Assembly (NCBI GenBank): GCA_964016885.1
Contig: OZ024741.1
Coordinates: 243,722,001-243,786,000, forward strand
Length of the DNA stretch: 64,000 nt
Direction: 5' to 3'
DNA from: Eledone cirrhosa
Lineage: Eukaryota
Both the position numbers and the translations under genes were made by a program. How positions within the stretch are numbered: position 1 is the stretch's first letter; each line of letters begins with the position of its first letter. Positions 54,401-64,000 of the stretch are shown piece after piece. The notes beneath the pieces were generated by a model. The model was not told the DNA's origin. It was given only the letters and a program-made list of their open reading frames with translations, and ran no database searches.

Positions 54401-57400
54401 GCATTTTTGTGATTCGTTTCTTCGAAGCACACCATTCGCCGCCGGACTTCAGCTTCCTCATTTAGCAGGGGCAGCTTTTCTTAAAAATCACACCACACTC
54501 AGCAAATGTGTGTCTGCACATGTACCAGTAATTACAGATCGATCCGACCACGGGCGGCCTGCCCACGATCGAAAAGGTAACTCCGCCGGCAAATTCGCAT
54601 TTTTGTGATTCGTTTCTTCGAAGCACACCATTCGCTGGTGGACTTCAGCTTCCTCATTTAGCATGGGCAGCTTTTCTTGAAAATCACACCACTCACAGAC
54701 TATGAGTGTCTGCACATGTACCACTAATTACAGATCGATACGACCACGGGCGGCCTGCCCACGATCGAAAAGGTAACTCCGCCGGCAAATCCGCATTTTT
54801 GTGATTCGTTTCTTCGAAGCACACCATTCGCCGCCGGACTTCAGCTTCCTCATTTAGCATGGGCAGCTTTTCTTAAAAATCACACCACACTCAGCAAATG
54901 TGTGTCTGCACATGTGCCAGTAATTACAGATCGATCCAACCACGGGCGGCCTGCCCACGATCGAAAAGGTAACTCCGCCGGCAAATTCGCATTTTTGTGA
55001 TTCGTTTCTTCGAAGCACACCATTCGCTGGTGGACTTCAGCTTCCTCATTTAACATGGGCAGCTTTTCTTGAAAATCACACCACACTTAGCAAATGTGTG
55101 TCTGCACATGTACCAGTAATTACAGATCGATCCGCCCACGGGCGGCCGGCCCACGATCGAAAATGTAACTCCGCCGGCAAATTCGCATTTTTGTGATTCG
55201 TTTCTTCGAAGCACACCATTCGCTGGTGGACTTCAGCTTCCTCATTTAGCATGGGCAGCTTTTCTTGAAAATCACACCACTCACAGACTATGAGTGTCTG
55301 CACATGTACCACTAATTACAGATCGATACGACCACGGGCGGCCTGCCCACGATCGAAAAGGTAACTCCGCCGGCAAATCCGCATTTTTGTGATTCGTTTC
55401 TTCGAAGCACACCATTCGCCGCCGGACTTCAGCTTCCTCATTTAGCATGGGCAGCTTTTCTTAAAAATCACACCACACTCAGCAAATGTGTGTCTGCACA
55501 TGTGCCAGTAATTACAGATCGATCCAACCACGGGCGGCCTGCCCACGATCGAAAAGGTAACTCCGCCGGCAAATTCGCATTTTTGTGATTCGTTTCTTCG
55601 AAGCACACCATTCGCTGGTGGACTTCAGCTTCCTCATTTAACATGGGCAGCTTTTCTTGAAAATCACACCACACTTAGCAAATGTGTGTCTGCACATGTA
55701 CCAGTAATTACAGATCGATCCGCCCACGGGCGGCCGGCCCACGATCGAAAATGTAACTCCGCCGGCAAATTCGCATTTTTGTGATTCATTTCTTCGAAGC
55801 ACACCATTCGCTGGTGGACTTCAGCTTCCTCATTTAGCATGGGCAGCTTTTCTTGAAAATCACACCACACACAGCAAATGTGTGTCTACACAGGTACCAG
55901 TAATTACAGATCGATCCGACCACGGACGGCTGGCCCAGGATCGAAAAGGTAACTCCGGCGGCAAATTCGCATTTTTGTGATTCGTTTCTTCGAAGCACAC
56001 CATTCGCTGGTGGACTTCAGCTTCCTCATTTAGCATGGGCAGCTTTTCTTAAAAATCACACCACACTCAGCAAATGTGTGTCTGCACATGTACCAGTAAT
56101 TACAGATCGATCCGACCACGGGCGGCCTGCCCACGATCGAAAAGGTAACTCCGCCGGCAAATTCGCATTTTTGTGATTCGTTTCTTCGAAGCACACCATT
56201 CGCTGGTGGACTTCAGCTTCCTCATTTAACATGGGCAGCTTTTCTTGAAAATCACACCACACTTAGCAAATGTGTGTCTGCACATGTACCAGTAATTACA
56301 GATCGATCCGCCCACGGGCGGCCGGCCCAGGATCGAAAATGTAACTCCGCCGGCAAATTCGCATTTTTGTGATTCATTTCTTCGAAGCACACCATTCGCT
56401 GGTGGACTTCAGCTTCCTCATTTAGCATGGGCAGCTTTTCTTGAAAATCACACCACACACAGCAAATGTGTGTCTACACAGGTACCAGTAATTACAGATC
56501 GATCCGACCACGGACGGCTGGCCCAGGATCGAAAAGGTAACTCCGGCGGCAAATTCGCATTTTTGTGATTCGTTTCTTCGAAGCACACCATTAGCCGCCG
56601 GACTTCAGCTTCCTCATTTAGCATGGGCAGCTTTTCTTGAAAATCACACCACACACAGCCAATGAGTGTCTGCACATGTACCAGTAATTACAGATCGATC
56701 CGACCACGGGCGGCCGGCCCACGATCGAAAAGGTAACTCCGCCGGCAAATTCGCATTTTTGTGATTCGTTTCTTCGAAGCACACCATTAGCCGCCGGACT
56801 TCAGCTTCCTCATTTAGCATGGGCAGCTTTTCTTGAAAATCACACCACACACAGCAAATGTGTGTCTGCACATGTACCAGTACGTACAGATCGATCCGAC
56901 CACGGGCGGCAGGCCCACATTCGAAAAGGTTACTCCGCCTGCAAATCGTCATTTTCGGATTCGTTTTCTTCGAAGCACACCATTCGCCGGCGGACTTCAG
57001 CTGCCTCATTTAGCATGGGCAGCTTTTCTTGAAAATCACACCTCACACAGCAAATGTGTCTCTACACATGTACTAGTAATTACAGATCGATCCGACCACG
57101 GGCAACCGGCCCACGATCGAAAAGGTAACTCCGGCGGCAAATTCGCATTTTTGTGATTCGTTTCTTCGAAGCACACCATTCGCCGCCGGACTTCAGCTTC
57201 CTCATTTAGCATGGGCAGCTTTTCTTGAAAATCACACCACACACAGCAAATGTGTGTCTACACAGGTACCAGTAATTACAGATCGATCCGACCACGGACG
57301 GCTGGCCCAGGATCGAAAAGGTAACTCCGCCGGCAAATTCGCATTTTTGTGATTCGTTTCTTCGAAGCACACCATTCGCCGCCGGACTTCAGCTTCCTCA

Positions 57401-60400
57401 TTTAGCATGGGCAGCTTTTCTTGAAAATCACACCACACACAGCAAATGTGTGTCTGCACATGTACCAGTACGTACAGATCGATCCGACCACGGGCGGCAG
57501 GCCCACATTCGAAAAGGTTACTCCGCCTGCAAATCGTCATTTTCGGATTCGTTTTCTTCGAAGCACACCATTCGCCGGCGGACTTCAGCTGCCTCATTTA
57601 GCATGGGCAGCTTTTCTTGAAAATCACACCTCACACAGCAAATGTGTCTCTGCACATGTACTAGTAATTACAGATCGATCCGACCACGGGCAACCGGCCC
57701 ACGATCGAAAAGGTAACTCCGGCGGCAAATTCGCATTTTTGTGATTCGTTTCTTCGAAGCACACCATTCGCCGCCGGACTTCAGCTTCCTCATTTAGCAT
57801 GGGCAGCTTTTCTTGAAAATCACACCACACTCAGCAAATGTGTGTCTGCACATGTACCAGTAATTACAGATCGATCCGACCACGGGCGGCCTGCCCACGA
57901 TCGAAAAGGTAACTCCGCCGGCAAATTCGCATTTTTGTGATTCGTTTCTTCGAAGCACACCATTCGCTGGTGGACTTCAGCTTCCTCATTTAGCATGGGC
58001 AGCTTTTCTTGAAAATCACACCACTCACAGACTATGAGTGTCTGCACATGTACCACTAATTACAGATCGATACGACCACGGGCGGCCTGCCCACGATCGA
58101 AAAGGTAACTCCGCCGGCAAATCCGCATTTTTGTGATTCGTTTCTTCGAAGCACACCATTCGCCGCCGGACTTCAGCTTCCTCATTTAGCATGGGCAGCT
58201 TTTCTTAAAAATCACACCACACTCAGCAAATGTGTGTCTGCACATGTACCAGTAATTACAGATCGATCCGACCACGGGCGGCCTGCCCACGATCGAAAAG
58301 GTAACTCCGCCGGCAAATTCGCATTTTTGTGATTCGTTTCTTCGAAGCACACCATTCGCTGGTGGACTTCAGCTTCCTCATTTAACATGGGCAGCTTTTC
58401 TTGAAAATCACACCACACTTAGCAAATGTGTGTCTGCACATGTACCAGTAATTACAGATCGATCCGCCCACGGGCGGCCGGCCCAGGATCGAAAATGTAA
58501 CTCCGCCGGCAAATTCGCATTTTTGTGATTCATTTCTTCGAAGCACACCATTCGCTGGTGGACTTCAGCTTCCTCATTTAGCATGGGCAGCTTTTCTTGA
58601 AAATCACACCACACACAGCAAATGTGTGTCTACACAGGTACCAGTAATTACAGATCGATCCGACCACGGACGGCTGGCCCAGGATCGAAAAGGTAACTCC
58701 GGCGGCAAATTCGCATTTTTGTGATTCGTTTCTTCGAAGCACACCATTAGCCGCCGGACTTCAGCTTCCTCATTTAGCATGGGCAGCTTTTCTTGAAAAT
58801 CACACCACTCACAGCAAATGTGTGTCTGCACATGTACCAGTAATTACAGATCGATCCGACAACGGGCGGCCGGCCCACGATCGAAAAGGTAACTCCGCCG
58901 CCAAAGTCGCATTTTTGTGATTCGTTTCTTCGAAGCACACTATTCGCTGGTGGACTTCAGCTTCCTCATTTAGCATGGGCAGCTTTTCTTGAAAATCACA
59001 CCACACACAGCAAATGTGTGTCTGCACATTTACCAGTAATTACAGATCGATCCGACCACGGGCGGCCGGCCCACGATCGAAAAGGTAACTCCGCCGGCAA
59101 ATTCGCATTTTTGTGATTCGTTTCTTCGAAGCACACCATTCGCCGCCGGACTTCAGCTTCCTCATTTAGCATGGGCAGCTTTTCTTGAAAATCACACCAC
59201 ACACAGCAAATGTGTGTCTGCACAGGTACCAGTAATTACAGATCGATCCGACCACGAACGGCTGGCCCACGATCGAAAAGGTAACTCCGCCGGCAAATCC
59301 TAATTTTTGTGATTCGTTTCTTCGAAGCACACCATTCGCCGCCGGACTTCAGCTGCCTCATTTAGCATGGGCAGCTTTTCTTGAAAATCACACCACTCAC
59401 AGCCAATGAGTCTCTGCACAAGTACCACTAATTACAGATCGATACGACCAGGGGCGGCCTGCCCACGATCGAAAAGGTAACTCCGCCGGCAAATCCGCAT
59501 TTTTGTGATTCGTTTCTTCGAAGCACACCATTCGCCGCCGGACTTCAGCTTCCTCATTTAGCAGGGGCAGCTTTTCTTAAAAATCACACCACACTCAGCA
59601 AATGTGTGTCTGCACATGTACCAGTAATTACAGATCGATCCGACCACGGGCGGCCTGCCCACGATCGAAAAGGTAACTCCGCCGGCAAATTCGCATTTTT
59701 GTGATTCGTTTCTTCGAAGCACACCATTCGCTGGTGGACTTCAGCTTCCTCATTTAGCATGGGCAGCTTTTCTTGAAAATCACACCACTCACAGACTATG
59801 AGTGTCTGCACATGTACCACTAATTACAGATCGATACGACCACGGGCGGCCTGCCCACGATCGAAAAGGTAACTCCGCCGGCAAATCCGCATTTTTGTGA
59901 TTCGTTTCTTCGAAGCACACCATTCGCCGCCGGACTTCAGCTTCCTCATTTAGCATGGGCAGCTTTTCTTAAAAATCACACCACACTCAGCAAATGTGTG
60001 TCTGCACATGTGCCAGTAATTACAGATCGATCCAACCACGGGCGGCCTGCCCACGATCGAAAAGGTAACTCCGCCGGCAAATTCGCATTTTTGTGATTCG
60101 TTTCTTCGAAGCACACCATTCGCTGGTGGACTTCAGCTTCCTCATTTAACATGGGCAGCTTTTCTTGAAAATCACACCACACTTAGCAAATGTGTGTCTG
60201 CACATGTACCAGTAATTACAGATCGATCCGCCCACGGGCGGCCGGCCCACGATCGAAAATGTAACTCCGCCGGCAAATTCGCATTTTTGTGATTCGTTTC
60301 TTCGAAGCACACCATTCGCTGGTGGACTTCAGCTTCCTCATTTAGCATGGGCAGCTTTTCTTGAAAATCACACCACTCACAGACTATGAGTGTCTGCACA

Positions 60401-63400
60401 TGTACCACTAATTACAGATCGATACGACCACGGGCGGCCTGCCCACGATCGAAAAGGTAACTCCGCCGGCAAATCCGCATTTTTGTGATTCGTTTCTTCG
60501 AAGCACACCATTCGCCGCCGGACTTCAGCTTCCTCATTTAGCATGGGCAGCTTTTCTTAAAAATCACACCACACTCAGCAAATGTGTGTCTGCACATGTG
60601 CCAGTAATTACAGATCGATCCAACCACGGGCGGCCTGCCCACGATCGAAAAGGTAACTCCGCCGGCAAATTCGCATTTTTGTGATTCGTTTCTTCGAAGC
60701 ACACCATTCGCTGGTGGACTTCAGCTTCCTCATTTAACATGGGCAGCTTTTCTTGAAAATCACACCACACTTAGCAAATGTGTGTCTGCACATGTACCAG
60801 TAATTACAGATCGATCCGCCCACGGGCGGCCGGCCCACGATCGAAAATGTAACTCCGCCGGCAAATTCGCATTTTTGTGATTCATTTCTTCGAAGCACAC
60901 CATTCGCTGGTGGACTTCAGCTTCCTCATTTAGCATGGGCAGCTTTTCTTGAAAATCACACCACACACAGCAAATGTGTGTCTACACAGGTACCAGTAAT
61001 TACAGATCGATCCGACCACGGACGGCTGGCCCAGGATCGAAAAGGTAACTCCGGCGGCAAATTCGCATTTTTGTGATTCGTTTCTTCGAAGCACACCATT
61101 CGCTGGTGGACTTCAGCTTCCTCATTTAGCATGGGCAGCTTTTCTTAAAAATCACACCACACTCAGCAAATGTGTGTCTGCACATGTACCAGTAATTACA
61201 GATCGATCCGACCACGGGCGGCCTGCCCACGATCGAAAAGGTAACTCCGCCGGCAAATTCGCATTTTTGTGATTCGTTTCTTCGAAGCACACCATTCGCT
61301 GGTGGACTTCAGCTTCCTCATTTAACATGGGCAGCTTTTCTTGAAAATCACACCACACTTAGCAAATGTGTGTCTGCACATGTACCAGTAATTACAGATC
61401 GATCCGCCCACGGGCGGCCGGCCCAGGATCGAAAATGTAACTCCGCCGGCAAATTCGCATTTTTGTGATTCATTTCTTCGAAGCACACCATTCGCTGGTG
61501 GACTTCAGCTTCCTCATTTAGCATGGGCAGCTTTTCTTGAAAATCACACCACACACAGCAAATGTGTGTCTACACAGGTACCAGTAATTACAGATCGATC
61601 CGACCACGGACGGCTGGCCCAGGATCGAAAAGGTAACTCCGGCGGCAAATTCGCATTTTTGTGATTCGTTTCTTCGAAGCACACCATTAGCCGCCGGACT
61701 TCAGCTTCCTCATTTAGCATGGGCAGCTTTTCTTGAAAATCACACCACACACAGCCAATGAGTGTCTGCACATGTACCAGTAATTACAGATCGATCCGAC
61801 CACGGGCGGCCGGCCCACGATCGAAAAGGTAACTCCGCCGGCAAATTCGCATTTTTGTGATTCGTTTCTTCGAAGCACACCATTAGCCGCCGGACTTCAG
61901 CTTCCTCATTTAGCATGGGCAGCTTTTCTTGAAAATCACACCACACACAGCAAATGTGTGTCTGCACATGTACCAGTACGTACAGATCGATCCGACCACG
62001 GGCGGCAGGCCCACATTCGAAAAGGTTACTCCGCCTGCAAATCGTCATTTTCGGATTCGTTTTCTTCGAAGCACACCATTCGCCGGCGGACTTCAGCTGC
62101 CTCATTTAGCATGGGCAGCTTTTCTTGAAAATCACACCTCACACAGCAAATGTGTCTCTACACATGTACTAGTAATTACAGATCGATCCGACCACGGGCA
62201 ACCGGCCCACGATCGAAAAGGTAACTCCGGCGGCAAATTCGCATTTTTGTGATTCGTTTCTTCGAAGCACACCATTCGCCGCCGGACTTCAGCTTCCTCA
62301 TTTAGCATGGGCAGCTTTTCTTGAAAATCACACCACACACAGCAAATGTGTGTCTACACAGGTACCAGTAATTACAGATCGATCCGACCACGGACGGCTG
62401 GCCCAGGATCGAAAAGGTAACTCCGCCGGCAAATTCGCATTTTTGTGATTCGTTTCTTCGAAGCACACCATTCGCCGCCGGACTTCAGCTTCCTCATTTA
62501 GCATGGGCAGCTTTTCTTGAAAATCACACCACACACAGCAAATGTGTGTCTGCACATGTACCAGTACGTACAGATCGATCCGACCACGGGCGGCAGGCCC
62601 ACATTCGAAAAGGTTACTCCGCCTGCAAATCGTCATTTTCGGATTCGTTTTCTTCGAAGCACACCATTCGCCGGCGGACTTCAGCTGCCTCATTTAGCAT
62701 GGGCAGCTTTTCTTGAAAATCACACCTCACACAGCAAATGTGTCTCTGCACATGTACTAGTAATTACAGATCGATCCGACCACGGGCAACCGGCCCACGA
62801 TCGAAAAGGTAACTCCGGCGGCAAATTCGCATTTTTGTGATTCGTTTCTTCGAAGCACACCATTCGCCGCCGGACTTCAGCTTCCTCATTTAGCATGGGC
62901 AGCTTTTCTTGAAAATCACACCACACTCAGCAAATGTGTGTCTGCACATGTACCAGTAATTACAGATCGATCCGACCACGGGCGGCCTGCCCACGATCGA
63001 AAAGGTAACTCCGCCGGCAAATTCGCATTTTTGTGATTCGTTTCTTCGAAGCACACCATTCGCTGGTGGACTTCAGCTTCCTCATTTAGCATGGGCAGCT
63101 TTTCTTGAAAATCACACCACTCACAGACTATGAGTGTCTGCACATGTACCACTAATTACAGATCGATACGACCACGGGCGGCCTGCCCACGATCGAAAAG
63201 GTAACTCCGCCGGCAAATCCGCATTTTTGTGATTCGTTTCTTCGAAGCACACCATTCGCCGCCGGACTTCAGCTTCCTCATTTAGCATGGGCAGCTTTTC
63301 TTAAAAATCACACCACACTCAGCAAATGTGTGTCTGCACATGTACCAGTAATTACAGATCGATCCGACCACGGGCGGCCTGCCCACGATCGAAAAGGTAA

Positions 63401-63895
63401 CTCCGCCGGCAAATTCGCATTTTTGTGATTCGTTTCTTCGAAGCACACCATTCGCTGGTGGACTTCAGCTTCCTCATTTAACATGGGCAGCTTTTCTTGA
63501 AAATCACACCACACTTAGCAAATGTGTGTCTGCACATGTACCAGTAATTACAGATCGATCCGCCCACGGGCGGCCGGCCCAGGATCGAAAATGTAACTCC
63601 GCCGGCAAATTCGCATTTTTGTGATTCATTTCTTCGAAGCACACCATTCGCTGGTGGACTTCAGCTTCCTCATTTAGCATGGGCAGCTTTTCTTGAAAAT
63701 CACACCACACACAGCAAATGTGTGTCTACACAGGTACCAGTAATTACAGATCGATCCGACCACGGACGGCTGGCCCAGGATCGAAAAGGTAACTCCGGCG
63801 GCAAATTCGCATTTTTGTGATTCGTTTCTTCGAAGCACACCATTAGCCGCCGGACTTCAGCTTCCTCATTTAGCATGGGCAGCTTTTCTTGAAAA
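48412..63895 (+). repeat. Three tandem HOR copies: 27-mer (5292 bp), 26-mer (5096 bp), 26-mer (5096 bp)
   Basis: ORF offsets 48421/53713 = 5292 = 27x196 and 53713/58809 = 5096 = 26x196. Copies 2 and 3 lack the monomer at 51940-52135 and share the variant TCTCTACACATGTACT (near 57064 and 62160). Confidence 0.92.
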
Positions 63896-64000
63896 TCACA
63901 CCACACACAGCCAATGAGTGTCTGCACATGTACCAGTAATTACAGATCGATCCGACCACGGGCGGCCGGCCCACGATCGAAAAGGTAACTCCGCCGGCAA

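Larger units (their letters stand above)
1..64000. repeat. Tandem satellite DNA array, 196-bp monomer, ~326.4 head-to-tail copies, extending past both window edges
   Basis: Bases 1-196 (GTCTGCACATGTACCAGTAATTACAGATCGATCCGACC...CAGACTATGAGT) recur from 197 onward, and ORF ends recur every 196 bp. The landmark TCACACC occurs at 173 and 63700, a distance of 63527 = 324x196 + 23. The extra 23 bp are accounted for by 21 one-base insertions and one two-base insertion. No inversion or non-repeat sequence was seen. Confidence 0.99.

Noticed and set aside
343-63927. Hundreds of 65-121 aa ORFs (MWCDFQEKLPMLNEEAEV..., MKITPH..., MRQLKS...)
   Set aside because: They are translations of the satellite. 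196 is not a multiple of 3, so frames shift every monomer. The ORFs overlap each other, starts and stops appear or vanish with single SNPs, and there is no recognisable domain.
1-64000. CRISPR array or other repeat-spacer system
   Set aside because: There are no unique spacers. The variable segments are point variants of one sequence, and there are no cas or other genes.
1-64000. Embedded transposon, inversion, telomeric repeat or rDNA unit
   Set aside because: The phase arithmetic (324x196 + 23 between landmarks) leaves no room for non-repeat insertions. Orientation is constant, and no telomeric or 5S/rRNA similarity was recognised.

Overview
The whole 64 kb window is one uninterrupted head-to-tail satellite DNA array with a 196-bp monomer (about 49% GC by hand count of monomer 1) and about 326.4 copies, all in the same orientation. 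I found no unique sequence, transposon insertion, RNA gene, CRISPR array or credible protein-coding gene; every ORF in the track is a translation of the repeat. The structure of interest lies inside the array. Monomer length is very tightly conserved: 21 copies are 197 bp, one is 198 bp, and none has a net deletion. A small set of recurring monomer types travels in fixed modules, forming an irregular higher-order repeat (HOR) of about 25-27 monomers. There are recent multi-kb tandem duplications (4509, 4904, 3531 and 5292/5096 bp) and one strongly diverged, possibly ancestral, monomer type in 21 copies. The monomer is rich in dyads, carries an internal ~60-bp subrepeat, and has all its CpGs in one half. 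This architecture fits a eukaryotic (peri)centromeric or heterochromatic satellite, but I cannot identify the organism or family, and centromere function is only an inference. I see no evidence of a novel gene-encoded system here.
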